Part shown: positions 11,797-25,000 of the stretch, piece after piece
Layout: every line of letters starts with the position of its first letter
Position numbering within the stretch: the stretch's first letter is position 1
NCBI GenBank assembly: GCA_032718475.1
Contig: JAUCBJ010007504.1
Span: 21,107-85,106, forward strand
DNA length: 64,000 nucleotides
DNA from: Nemertoderma westbladi
Lineage: Eukaryota; Animalia; Xenacoelomorpha
Direction: 5' to 3'
Position numbers and translations under genes: made by a program
The notes under the pieces: model-generated
Told to the model about the DNA's origin: nothing
What the model saw: only the letters and a program-made list of their open reading frames with translations
Database searches by the model: none

Positions 11797-12280
11797 GAAA
11801 TCATTTTTTAATTTTTTTTGGCCAGACGAATCCAAGTAGGGTTAGAAGTTTAGACCAATAATGCTGGAATAGATTTAAGACATTTCTTGTCTTAGATTTT
11901 ATATTCCCTATTTGAGGCCAAATTAAATTAAAAAAAACTATTATTATCATTGCTACTGTAGTTCTAGTTATAGAGTAGTTTATTGATTATTAGCCTAATA
12001 AACAATTATACCAAATACGGTATGTAACTAATAAACGAACGATACCTTAATTAACGATCAATATTAGACTAATATCAGACGCACGGCGCACATCGGATAT
12101 CAGATTCAGACCATCTGAAGTCTGATTCCGTATGTAACGATGCACAATGCTCTTCAAATTCAGAGTTAAAAATCGGACACCTCTGACAGTCCAGATAGTT
12201 TATACTCAAACAGACCATTGTATCAGATGTGAGGCACCTAGGAACGCTGTTTATATACAGTATCCCTGTCATATCATAGT

Positions 12281-12365
12281 CAGCTCATATCAGTTGTCCC
12301 CAGCTCTTATCAGTTGCCCCCAGCTCCTATCAGTTGTCCCCAGCTCCTATCAGTTGTCCCCAGCC
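12281..12365. repeat. 20-bp minisatellite CAGCTCCTATCAGTTGTCCC, ~4 copies
   Basis: Visible tandem units. Confidence 0.85.
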
Positions 12366-12647
12366 CCTTTTTGTAGTAGCATGTAAAATTATATTTGAGA
12401 CGATAACACTCAATAGTTTAACCACTTAAAAACAATAACTTCATATCAACACTAAATGATTAATATTGATTTAGTACATAAATGTATTAATGTTATGTTA
12501 TATTAAATTGTTATTATTATTTTATATCCACAGTATTGAATCGCAAACTTTCAACATTAAACTCAGATTCACCTGTAATGATTGGACTGGAAGGATAAAG
12601 TAACGAACAATAATTATTATAATATATTCAAATGCGTGATCCAAGAA

Positions 12648-14643
12648 AATTAGAAGGATCTTACCTACAACCCTGCCTCTTGTACAGGTACTACTATAAT
12701 ACCAGTAGTCCAGGACTTCGGTAAGTATCCAATTAGAAGGATCTTACCTACAACCCTGCCTCTTGTACAGGTACTATAATACCAGTAGTCCAGGCCTTCG
12801 GTAAGTATCCAATTAGAAGGATCTTACCTACAACCCTGCCACTTGTACAGGTACTATAATACCAGTAGTCCAGGCCTTCGGTAAGTATCCAATTAGAAGG
12901 ATCTTACCTACAACCCTGCCACTTGTACAGGTACTATAATACCAGTAGTCCAGGCCTTCGGTAAGTATCCAATTAGAAGGATCTTACCTACAACCCTGCC
13001 ACTTGTACAGGTACTATAATACCAGTAGTCCAGGCCTTCGGTAAGTATCCAATTAGAAGGATCTTACCTACAACCCTGCCACTTGTACAGGTACTATAAT
13101 ACCAGTAGTCCAGGCCTTCGGTAAGTATCCAATTAGAAGGATCTTACCTACAACCCTGCCTCTTGTACAGGTACTATAATACCAGTAGTCCAGGCCTTCG
13201 GTAAGTATCCAATTAGAAGGATCTTACCTACAACCCTGCCACTTGTACAGGTACTATAATACCAGTAGTCCAGGCCTTCGGTAAGTATCCAATTAGAAGG
13301 ATCTTACCTACAACCCTGCCACTTGTACAGGTACTATAATACCAGTAGTCCAGGCCTTCGGTAAGTATCCAATTAGAAGGATCTTACCTACAACCCTGCC
13401 ACTTGTACAGGTACTATAATACCAGTAGTCCAGGCCTTCGGTAAGTATCCAATTAGAAGGATCTTACCTACAACCCTGCCACTTGTACAGGTACTATAAT
13501 ACCAGTAGTCCAGGCCTTCGGTAAGTATCCAATTAGAAGGATCTTACCTACAACCCTGCCACTTGTACAGGTACTATAATACCAGTAGTCCAGGCCTTCG
13601 GTAAGTATCCAATTAGAAGGATCTTACCTACAACCCTGCCTCTTGTACAGGTACTATAATACCAGTAGTCCAGGCCTTCGGTAAGTATCCAATTAGAAGG
13701 ATCTTACCTACAACCCTGCCACTTGTACAGGTACTATAATACCAGTAGTCCAGGCCTTCGGTAAGTATCCAATTAGAAGGATCTTACCTACTACCCTGCC
13801 TCTTGTACAGGTACTATAATACCAGTAGTCCAGGCCTTCGGTAAGTATCCAATTAGAAGGATCTTACCTACAACCCTGCCACTTGTACAGGTACTATAAT
13901 ACCAGTAGTCCAGGCCTTCGGTAAGTATCCAATTAGAAGGATCTTACCTACAACCCTGCCACTTGTACAGGTACTATAATACCAGTAGTCCAGGCCTTCG
14001 GTAAGTATCCAATTAGAAGGATCTTACCTACAACCCTGCCACTTGTACAGGTACTATAATACCAGTAGACCAGGCCTTCGGTAAGTCCAATTAGAAGGAT
14101 CTTACCTACAACTCTGCCACTTGTACAGGTACTATAATACCAGTAGTCCAGGCCTTCGGTAAGTATCCAATTAGAAGGATCTTACCTACAACCCTGCCTC
14201 TTGTACAGGTACTATAATACCAGTAGTCCAGGCCTTCGGTAAGTATCCAATTAGAAGGATCTTACCTACAACCCTGCCACTTGTACAGGTACTATAATAC
14301 CAGTAGACCAGGCCTTCGGTAAGTATCCAATTAGAAGGATCTTACCTACAACCCTGCCACTTGTACAGGTACTATAATACCAGTAGTCCAGGCCTTCGGT
14401 AAGTATCCAATTAGAAGGATCTTACCTACAACCCTGCCTCTTGTACAGGTACTATAATACCAGTAGTCCAGGACTTCGGTAAGTATCCAATTAGAAGGAT
14501 CCTTACCTACAACCCTGCTACTTGTACAGGTACTATAATACCAGTAGTCCAGGCCTTCGGTATGTATCCATTTAGAAGGATCTTACCTAAAACCCTGCCA
14601 CTTGTACAGGTACTATAATACCAGTAGACCAGGCCTTCGGTAA
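12648..14643 (+). repeat. 80-bp satellite, ~25 near-identical copies
   Basis: Unit AATTAGAAGGATCTTACCTACAACCCTGCCACTTGTACAGGTACTATAATACCAGTAGTCCAGGCCTTCGGTAAGTATCC. Confidence 0.97.
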
Positions 14644-15379
14644 TTATCCTCAAAATTATAATTTATGAGCCAAAGTTCTAAAATATTTCTAAAATGACCC
14701 CCCCCCCCCCTGGACCAATTGCATTGTAAAATAGTCCGGGCCAGATAGGGTTTAATATTCTGCTATACGGTTGCTTTAAAGTATATCGTATCATAATTCT
14801 ATATGAAAAATAAATAAAGAATACGATATTATATATCTGGGTAAAAAGTCGGATTGGGCTGAGGCTGGTGGAAGGGTGGAGCTGGAGCCACAGCGGGTGG
14901 TATAGGGAGGAGCGGTTGGATTGGGCTGAGGCTGGTGGTAGGGTGGAGCAGGAGCCACAGCGGGTGGTGTAGGCAGGAGCAGGTGGATTGGGCTGAGGCT
15001 GGTGGAAGGGTGGAGCTGGTGCCACACCGGGTGGTTTAGGGAGGGGCAGTTGGATTGGGCTGAGGCTGGTGGAAGGGAGGAGCTAGAGTCACAGCGGGTG
15101 GTATAGGGAGGAGCAGTTGGATTGGGCTGAGGCTGGTGGAAGGGTGGAGCTGGTGCCACAGCGGGTGGTATAGGGAGGGGCAGTTGGATTGGGCTGAGGC
15201 TGGTGGAAGGGTGGAGCTGGTGCCACAGCGGGTGGTATAGGGAGGGGCAGTTGGATTGGGCTGAGGCTGGTGGAAGGGTGGAGCTGGAGTCACTGCGGGT
15301 GGTATAGGAAGGAGCAGTTGGATTGGGCTGAGGCTGGTGGAAGGGTGGAGCTGGTGCCACAGCGGGTGGTATAGGGAGG

Positions 15380-15772
15380 GGTACTTTTGCACTTTAGGTC
15401 CCCACCCCTAGATTTTTTTTGTGTGTGTTTTTTATGCAAATTACACTACTACAAGGTTAGTGTGACTATCTAGGAACATTTTTGGTATAAAAAATGTTAG
15501 ATTATGTTGCACCCCCGATCAACCCTAACCCAAAACAAAAAGGTTTATTTATTTATTTTTATTTAAAATAGTCAAGCGTTAAATCATTTTATGTAATTAA
15601 ATAGCTAAAAAAAAGTAGAGTTCATTTTAGGCTACTGCTTTTATTAAAAATGTTAAACTGAATACATAAAAATGTTCTCAGATAATGCTATTCATATTCT
15701 AGAACATAATAATATTATGTTTCCTTGATATAAAAAAATCTGGGTGGTGGGGACCTAAAGTGCAAAAGTACC
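15380..15772. mobile_element. MITE with ~27-bp TIRs and 8-bp TSD (Merlin-like, tentative)
   Basis: GGTACTTTTGCACTTTAGGTCCCC...GGGGACCTAAAGTGCAAAAGTACC; TSD TAGGGAGG at 15372-15379 and 15773-15780. Confidence 0.88.
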
Positions 15773-16303
15773 TAGGGAGGGGCAGTTGGATTGGGCTGGG
15801 GCTGGTGGAAGGGTGGAGCAGGAGTCACAGCGGGTGGTATAGGGAGGAGCAGTTGGATTGGGCTGAGGCTGGTGGAAGGGTGGAGCTGGTGACACAGCGG
15901 GTGGTATAGGGAGGGGCAGTTGGATTGGGCTGAGGCTGGTGGAAGGGTGGAGCTGGAGCCACAGCGGGTGGTATAGGGAGGAGCAGTTGAATTGGGCTGA
16001 GGCTGGTGGAAGGGTGGAGCTGGAGCAACAGCGGGTGGTATAGGGAGGGGCAGTTGGATTGGGCTCAAGCTGGTGGAAGGGCGGAGCTAGAGCCACAGCG
16101 TGTGGTATAGGGAGGAGCAGTTGGATTGGGCTGAGGCTGGTGGAAGGGTGGATCTGGAGCCACAGCGGGTGGTATAGGGAGGAGCAGTTGGATTGGGCTG
16201 AGGCTGGTGGAAGGGTGGAGCTGGAGCCACAGTGGGTGGTATAGGGAGGAGCAGTTGGATTGGGCTGGTGCAAGCGGAAGGGTGGAGCTGGAGCCACAGC
16301 GGG

Positions 16304-17480
16304 TGTAAAAGCTTTTGCGGAATTAGCTGATTGTTTTTCCCGCAAAGTACTCTGTAGTTGGTTTAACGGACATAAAAAGCCATTTTCTTACTGTACCGGT
16401 GTTTTAGTGGACATAAAAAGCCATTTCTTCTGTATGTGTACTTTAGCGGACATAACTAGCAATTCTATGTCGCAATACGCTAAATATTCTTGAAACAGTG
16501 TAGTTACTATGACGACAGCTAACAGCTGATCTGTACACATGTAGCTTTTTCCTTGTTCTCTGTTGTTTCTTTGTTCGGTCAACCAATCAGAGCGATTCTC
16601 CTGCTTTTTGTACAGAAACCTCCGGGAAATCGCGCAATGCATTATGGGTCAACGTTTACCTTTTTCCTGAGCCCAGAAGACCGGCTTTGGAATCTCTGTG
16701 GTTTCAGGCTTTAGCCCAACATTAGTAGGCTTAATCATAGAAACGTATATCTGTTATTGCATCTCACAATAACTCACCTAATCATATTGTTAACTACAAA
16801 CACCGCATTTTTACTGCTATTTACTGTCGGTCATTAATTATATCAGTCGATGGAATATTATTATATTTGGAATATCGATAAATAATTATAAAACCCTCAA
16901 TCTTCTTGATATACTGAAGGTAAGAGAGACCGGTTACATATAACAATTGCGACTTACATTAAAGTGGTTTTGGAGTGAATCTAATGCTATTTCATAGGCA
17001 CTACATGAGTCGGTTGTTGTTCTCTTTATATGTGACTAAAAGTAGTGAAGGTCGGCAGATCGGTGTGCAGCATTGTGCGGTTGTGTACATGATTGTGACT
17101 GATAACAAAGCATCTCCTAAAGAATGCGCTATATACGTGAATCCATAGCCATCCCGTTGTGTCTAGTGTAAGTCATAACTCTGTTTACATATTTAGAGCG
17201 CCACGTCCTAAAGGAACTGTTAATATTTCCCGAAAGTGAATAATATTTGTCAGAGATTATATATTACGATCAGTCGAATAATACAGTAGGCCTACACCGC
17301 AATAAGGTTAGGCTTCCGAATCCAGTCTCCCGGGTATATCCAGCGGGTGAATGGTCGCGCATAGACTGGCTTCGGCTAATGTAGTGTATCAAATACTCGT
17401 CATAGGCTAAAGTCGATTTATTATCTTGAAGACATCCAAATTTGGCAGGTTAAACTGCTAAAGGTTTGAAAGCGTGAACA
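16304..17480 (+). mobile_element. Solo LTR (1177 bp) related to the LTR at 57896-59081
   Basis: TGTAAAAGCTTTTG...GCGTGAACA, 5-bp TSD GCGGG on both sides; 3' ~780 bp clearly homologous to 58300-59081. Confidence 0.92.
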
Positions 17481-18945
17481 GCGGGTGTTATAGGGAGGAC
17501 CAGTTGGATTGGGCCGAGGCTGGTGGAAGGGTGGAGCTGGAGCCACAGTAGGTGTTATAGGTATGAGCAGTTGGATTGGGCTGAGGCTGGTGGAATAGTG
17601 GAGCTGGAGCCACAGCGGGTGGTATAGGGGGGAGCAGTTCGATTGGACTGAAGCTGGAGCCACAGCGGCTATTATAGTGAGGAGCAGTTGGATTGGGCTG
17701 AGGCTGGTGGAAGGGTGGAGCTGAAGCCACAGCGGGTGGTATAGGGAGGAGCAGTCGGATTGGGCTGATGCTGGTGGAAGGGTGGAGCTGGAGCCACAGC
17801 GGGTGGTATAGGGAGGGGCAGTGGGATTGGGCTGAGGCTGGTGGAAGGGTTGAGCTGGAGCCACAGCGGGTGGTAGGGATGAGCAGTTGGATTGGGCTGA
17901 GGCTGGTGGAGCTGGAGCCACAGCGGGTGTTATAGGGAGGAGCAGTTGGATTGGGCTGAGGCTGTTGGAAGGGTGGAGCTGGAGCCACATCGGGTGGTAG
18001 GTAGGAGCAGTTGGATTGGGCTGATGCTGGTGGAAGGGTGGAGCTGGAGCCACAGCGGGTGGTATAGGGAGGAGCAATTGGATTGGGCTGAGGCTGGTGG
18101 AAGGTGGAGCTGGAGCCACAGCGGGTGGTATAGGGAGGAGTAGTTGGATTAGGCTGAGGATAGTTGAAGGGTGGAGCTGGAGCCACAGCGGGTGGTATAG
18201 GGAGGAGCAATTGGATTGGGCTGATGCTGGTAGAAGGATGGAGCTGGAGCCACAGCGGGTGGTATAGGGAGGAGCAGTTGGATTGGGCTGGTGCAAGCGG
18301 AAGGGTGGAGCTGGAGCCACAGCGGGTGTTATAGAGAGGGACAGTTGGATAGGGCTGAGGCTGGTGGAAGGGTGGAGCTAGAGCCACAGCAGGTGTTATA
18401 GGGAGGAGCAGTTGGATTGGCCTGAGGCTGGTAGAAGGGTGGAGCTGGAGCCACAGCGTATGGTATAGGGAGGAGCAGTTGGATTGGGCTGAGGCTGTTG
18501 GAAGGGTGGAGCTGGAGCCACATCGGGTGGTAGGGAGGAGCAGTTCGATTGGACTGAAGCTGGAGCCACAGCGGCTGTTATAGTAAGGAGCAGTTGGATT
18601 GGGCTGATGCTGGTGGAAGGGTGGAGCTGGAGCCACAGCGGGTGGTATAGGAAGGAGCAGTGGGATTGGGCTGAGGCTGGTGGAAGGGTGGAGCTGTAGC
18701 CACAGCGGGTGGTAGGGATGAGCAGTTGGATTGGGCTGAAGCTGGTGGAGCTAGAGCCACAGCGTGTGTTATAGGGAGGAGCAGTTGGATTGGGCTGAGG
18801 CTGTTGGAAGGGTGGAGCTGGAACCACATCGGGTGGTAGGGAGGAGCAGTTGGATTGGACTGAAACTGGAGCCACAGCAGCTGTTATAGGGAGGAGCAGT
18901 GGGATTGGGCTGAGGCTGGTGGAAGGGTGGAGCTGGAGCCACAGC

Positions 18946-19695
18946 GGTATTATAGTACCTGTACAAGTGGCAGGGTTGTAGGTAAGATCCTTCTAATTTG
19001 ATACTTACCGAAGGCCTGGACTACTGGTATTATAGTACCTGTACAAGTGGCAGAGTTGTAGGTAAGATCCTTCTAATTTGATACTTACCGAAGGCCTGGA
19101 CTACTGGTATTATAGTAATTGTACAAGAGGCAGGGTAGTAGGTAAGATACTTCTAATTGTATACTTACCGAAGGCCTGGACTACTGGTATTATAGTACCT
19201 GTAGAAGTGGCAGAGTTTTAGGTAAGATCCTTCTAATTTGATACTTACCGAAGGCCTGGACTACTGGTATTATAGTACCTGTACAAGTGGCAGAGTAGTA
19301 GGTAAGATCCTTCTAATCGGATACTCACCGAAGGCCTGGACTACTGGTATTATAGTAATTGTACAAGAGGCAGGGTAGTAGGTAAGATACTTCTAATTGT
19401 ATACTTACCGAAGGCCTGGACTACTGGTATTATAGTACCTGTACAAGTGGCAGAGTTTTAGGTAAGATCCTTCTAATTTGATACTTACCAAAGGCCTGGA
19501 CTACTGGTATTATAGTACATGTACAAGTGGCAGGGTAGTAGGTAAGATCCTTCTAATTGGGTACTTACCAAAGGCCTAGACTACTGGTATTATAGTACCT
19601 GTACAAGAGGCAAGGTTGTACTGTAGGTAAGATCCTTCTAATTGGATACTTACCGAAGGCCTAGACTACTGGTATTATAGTACATGTACAAGTGG
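18946..19695 (-). repeat. 80-bp satellite in inverted orientation, ~9 more diverged copies
   Basis: Reverse complement of the 12648-14643 unit. Confidence 0.95.
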
Positions 19696-19923
19696 ACATA
19701 CACCTACAAGTACACATACACCTACACTTGAGGAGTTACCAGTTAGATCCCCACCTGTAGGAGTTCCTTCACACATACACGATTACCGGTCCGCTGATTA
19801 ACTGAGCACTATGTAGCACTGTTACTGCCGTAGGCCTACCTACTGCAACCAACATACATTTTACATACTGACCGCGGTCCTACAATGCCGAGCCCCGGCT
19901 CCAGTTGATATCGATATTCAACT

Positions 19924-21033
19924 ATGTCTATAACACTTGACGCGGTTTACCGAGAAATAATTGAACTACGCAAAACTAGTGAGGCGAATTATCTGAACCT
20001 GCAACACAGCATTGATATATCTAGAGCTGCAAGCGAAAGCACACGCAGGCAGATTAACGAACACCAACAATTCCTTACAGCCAGTTTCCTAAACAATGAC
20101 TCTGAACACCAATATCGACGCAGATGCAACATTCTGCTACACGGTATCGAAATTCGTTCCACAGGAAAACCTGAGGATGTCCGAAAAATCATTGAACCTA
20201 TTGTACGCGCTTTTATAGACCTTCAGCAGTTTAACCTGCCGAAATTTATATGTCTTTATTGATAATCTGCCTTTTGTAAGATGATAAGATTTAATACAAA
20301 ACAAACCAAAAACATTAGCCGAAGCCAGTCCATGCGCGTCCAAATGACCCGTTTATAACACCGGGAGACTGGATTCGTGGGCTTAAATTTATTTGCGGTC
20401 AAGCCTACTGTATTATTCATCTTGGAGTCACTAAAAGTCTCCGACGGATTGAAGTCAGTAGATGGTTGTCATCGACTTGGCCCTCAACGCCCTGGTTCTA
20501 AACGACCACCACCAATTATTGTTAAGTTTAAGTACCATTCCCCGCGTTCTGAAATATTTTCAAATATCAAACATGTTCCTAAAGGCGTTCAGATTAGCGA
20601 CCATCTTACGATTTATCGCTCGCGTTTGCTAAACTTCCTTAGGAAGATCCGTGCGGATGGTATCATATATGGCTGTGGCTCACGTAATGGCAACATTAGC
20701 GTACAGCTGGCCACAAAATCTCGACACATAAGGATTACGACCTTCGAGGACATCGAGGACGTTCTGGGATCAAAGAAACCTCAATCGCTCATCATCCCCG
20801 ACACGTACGAGGAGATTCGATCCTGCATGGATCTCCCAGTTAGCGAATCAATCTCTGGGGGGACAGGGGGTGAACCGCAAACATCTCGTGACGACGAGTC
20901 GACAGCTGTTCCAGTACCGAAGGACAAGGGGAAGAAACAACGCGTCCAACTCAGCCGATCTCGAACCGGTCTACGATCCCACCCCACGTCAACTGACAAC
21001 CAATATATTTCCCTTGAAGAAGAATCCCAATAG
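19924..21033 (+). pseudogene. LINE (CR1/L2-like) ORF1 interrupted by an LTR fragment
   Basis: Coiled-coil N-terminus, QYRRRCNILLHGI, CHRLG...RPPPIIVKF, ISDHLT; removing 20202-20420 restores IEPILESLK in one frame. Confidence 0.85.
20202..20420 (-). mobile_element. 3'-terminal ~220-bp fragment of the same BEL-associated LTR family, inverted
   Basis: CAGTTTAACCTGCC, CATTAGCCGAAGCCAGTC, CCGGGAGACTGGATTCG and GCCTACTGTATTATTC match the reverse complement of 17275-17480. Confidence 0.85.
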
Positions 21034-21401
21034 TAATTATATTATTCATTTAATATGCAGTCTTATGTATTTTGTCTGTCTGCCTTAAGATTGATTAATT
21101 TAGAAAGTGTAACTGTTATGCACTCTATAGGTTTATGATCTGCAATGTGTCGTCTATATTTAGGTTTATTATTCCACTTTTATCGTCCTAAATGTGTCTT
21201 ACATCACTGGTGTTTCTACTACATCTTAGTTCACTATTTCATCTTTCCTTGCTTCATGTCAGGATGTTGAATGTCATACTCGAACTAATATTTCACTCTG
21301 CTTCATTCAGAATAACAAGTAATTTCACAATAATAATATCCTTTCATTATATTTCATATTAATTTCTCAATTTCTTTATTTCAAACAAACATACGAACAA
21401 G

Positions 21402-21840
21402 TTGGTTGTGGGTAGCCTATGGCCTTCACATGCTACTTTCGTCACTTATAATGCCCCAGCATCACCCTACCCCACCACCCCATCCCCTTCCTGTACCTTC
21501 TGTTACTCGATAGTATCCCCCACCGAAACCTCCTTAAAGTGCTCACTATGTCAAAATTTATATCACTATCCTTGTGGGACCTGTCTCGATTTAGCGCATT
21601 TTCCATTGTCTAACACAAATTCGATCCTAACATACTGTATATACTGTTACTTGGATATTTTTCCTTTTAATAATGTCCCTAACTCTGATACTGATATTTT
21701 TTCTGACGGGGCCGAGGACACTAATTCAATAGACTTTTCTGCTTCAAATAATCAATTCAAATCAATTGACCCCGACAGAAATATAATATCTTCCATCAAT
21801 AGCTCTGACTACTTTAACACTGACTCTTACAACTCCCTTC
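21402..21840 (+). pseudogene. LINE ORF2 N-terminus with PHD-like finger, cut by Gypsy insertion
   Basis: CTFC...KCSLCQNLYHYPC...YCIYC..IFPF, IDPD; continues after 27109. Confidence 0.75.
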
Positions 21841-22067
21841 TGAAATGATTGTCTGGTTTAAGATCTTGCATATCGGTATTATATTTGAACTCAGTTCATA
21901 AGATATATAAGAGTACATATACTACTGTACTGCCGAAGCACTACTGCACTCAAATACCCCAACACCAGTATCTCGCTATGCCCTAAGCCTAATACAGTCC
22001 TAGGCCCAACCTCAAGGGGCGAGCCATCTGAATTGGTGAGTCTCCTCCTTATCACCTAATTCCATCA
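21841..22067 (-). repeat. 3' LTR of Gypsy element
   Basis: TG...CA, 227 bp, adjacent to PPT (AATGGGGGGA on minus strand). Confidence 0.97.
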
Positions 22068-25000
22068 TCCCCCCATTAAGATCGATTGGTCCTTATCAGA
22101 TTGGAATCTAACGGTTTTAGTACGTGTTCGAGTTCCTCGTCTCAAGGCTGATTTGGGTGTTTCCGTAGGAGTTTCATCCCTTGTCTCTATGGAATCACTG
22201 GAGCTTGGATATGGTCGCAGGAAGCGACGATTACGCCATAAGACTTTCCCGGATGGTAATTTCACGTGGTAATCTCTACTCATCTTTCCCCTTTCAAAAA
22301 TAATCCCCTTCCTTGTCCATCTCTTAGAAACGGGATCCTGTATGAGTACGTGTGTTCCAGGTTCAAGCGGTTTTAATGTGTGTGCGGATCTGTCATAATA
22401 TTCTTTCTGTTTATTTGCCTTTATAAAGTCAGTATCTGCGGCCATCGTCAGCCAATTGGCAGAGAATGTTGAGTAATGAGCTGGAACTCGTGAACGCAAC
22501 GGATGTCCATACAGTATGATAGCGGGAGAACGTCCGTCGATGTGTGGGGTATTTCTTAATTCTAAAAGGCCATGAAGGAATGAATCCGTATGTAAGTTTC
22601 CGCCATCTGTTTTTGCAACCAAATTTTTTAATATGCGGACATTGACCTCAGCGTGTCCGTTGGATTGGGCGTATGTTGGAGATGATGGTATCCATTCTAC
22701 TCCCCAAGTTTTAAGGAAATCTGAAAATATCTTGGAACTGTATTGGGGTCCTCCATCTGAGCGGAGTCGAACTGGTACTCCCGTTTGGACGAAATAACCT
22801 TTGATTTCTTTCAAAACCTGTTGGGAGGTTGGAGTATAATTCCAATGAGATATGAATGGAAATCCTGAGTAGCGGTCTACATAGACTAAGTAAGTGTGTG
22901 TTCCAAGTGAGAATAGGTCTGTTGAAACAGATTCGAATACGCGTGTTGGCATAGGATCGCTTATTAGCGGTTCCTTAGGGTTGCTTGGCAACCGAAGTTG
23001 ACACTTATCACATGATTGTACAGCCATTGTGAGGTCGTTCGTTATACCCGGCCAGTACACACACTGTCTGGCGCGCATTTTCGTCCTTTCAATACCCTGA
23101 TGTGAGTCATGGAGTCTATTGATAACATTTTTGCGTAGGTCAAAGGGTATCACTAGACGGCGCCCGAACAACACAAGACCGTTGTCAGTGGTCAGGTCAT
23201 TTTTTAATTTGTCAAACATTTTGACAAATTGGCAATTTGCGTGAGGCCCCTCAAAGCCTGTCTCAATTGATTTTATTAGTAATTGATAATTATAGTCTAA
23301 TTTAGCCGCGACTTTTATGTCTTCTATTACAGGATCAGGGAAATGGTGAGTTTCACCTGAATTCGTTCCTGCTATCATTATTGTAACGGCATTCAGTATA
23401 ATATTAGCGGTCATGTACCCAGTCGTAGTGTTAATTTCAGTTTCGGGGTCATCGACCGGTGCTCTGGATAAGGCATCAGGTATTTTATTATCTGAACCTT
23501 TCCGCCATTTAACAACAAAATTGTAGCTGCTGAGCTTCATTTTGTGATTGAGTAAGCGCACATTATCTATCGTGTCTAATGTTTGTTTGTTGTAAATGGA
23601 CACTAAAGGACTGTGATCGGTAATTACTGTATACAATGCTAGGCCGGTAAGATAGATGCGACACTTCTGAGTTGCCCAGAGTATTGCAAGGGACTCTAGC
23701 TCTACCATAGCATATCTAGACTCCGCGTCTGATAAAAAACGCGAGCCGCATTGAATTAGTTTAAAACATTCGTCTTGTTTCTGTAACAAGGCATATCCTA
23801 GGCCACCTTTACGTGCCGCATCTACTTCTAAAACAATTTCGGCCTTGGGGTCAAAATTGGATAAAATTGGCGTAGATGATAAAGCAATTTTCATATTGTC
23901 AAATGCTTTCTGGTGGTTTGGTGTCCACAAAAATTGATTTTTTGTTTTCAGTATATCTCTCAAAGGACTAGCTATTAAACTTATTTCGGCCGAAAAGTGG
24001 CCCAACTGTTGTACTAAACCCATAAAGGATCGAAGTTCGGTTCTATTGGTAGGTGTAGGGAATTGACTAATCCCTTTTACCTTCACTGGGTCTGCTTTTA
24101 TTCCCTCTTGCGACACTATATAACCTGCAAAATTCATTTCACTTTGGGCGAATTTGAATTTTTTTTGGTTTATAGTGATATTATATTTCATGCAACGTTC
24201 TAAAACGTTACAAACATTTCGGACGTGGTCCTGAAAGTTGACATTATAAATTATAATGTCATCTACGATTTTCTGGATATTGTCTAAACCTTCCAGAGCG
24301 GTGTCACCCCTGAGACTATAAATATCTCCGGTTGAGATAAAACCCATGGGAGCCCTAACGTACATGTATCTTCCCCAAGGAGTAATAAAACATGTCAGTT
24401 TTTGTGACTCTATAGCTAATGGCATTTGCCAATATCCTGATTTTGCATCAAGTTTAGTAAACCAATTGCAACCAGGTGGGATACTCGAAACACAATCGTT
24501 TGGTGTTTTGGTAGGGTATACTACTCGCTCTACTTGTCTATTTAAGTTGGATAGGTCTACACAAATTCTAATCCCGCCATCAGGTTTATTGGCTATAACC
24601 ATAGGATGGCACCACTCGGTAGGTTTATCGCCTGCTGGTTTGATAATGTTCCATTTAATTAAATTATCTATTTCAGCTTTTACTTGGTCTCGCTGTGCAA
24701 ATGGAATAGGGCGTGCTCCGTGCACTGCGTACGGTATTGCGTCCTTTTTAAGGTATATTGTCATAGGCTTACCTACATCTGTACCGGACATTTGTTTCAG
24801 TTCAGTATTATTGAAAAATACGTCTGAATATATGTCCGAGAGTTTATTATGAACTCTCTCAATTTCGCATTTGTTAGGAGAAATAGGCAATTGGTTAATC
24901 CATTTTTCTCTTGCGTCATGTTTAAAAGTTTCACTTACGTTTAATTTAACGTCGTCAAGTGATCGAATTATTTCCTTCTTTTGGTTAATATTCGATCCAA

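Larger units (their letters stand above)
14851..18945 (+). repeat. 67-bp G-rich minisatellite in three blocks (14851-15379, 15773-16303, 17481-18945)
   Basis: Unit GGATTGGGCTGAGGCTGGTGGAAGGGTGGAGCTGGAGCCACAGCGGGTGGTATAGGGAGGAGCAGTT, split by two insertions with TSDs. Confidence 0.95.

Noticed and set aside
12648-14643. CRISPR-like array
   Set aside because: No unique spacers, no cas genes; plain tandem satellite.
14678-18966. Pro/Ser-rich minus-strand ORFs
   Set aside because: 67-bp unit is not a multiple of 3 and is stop-free in all minus frames; peptides rotate through frames.
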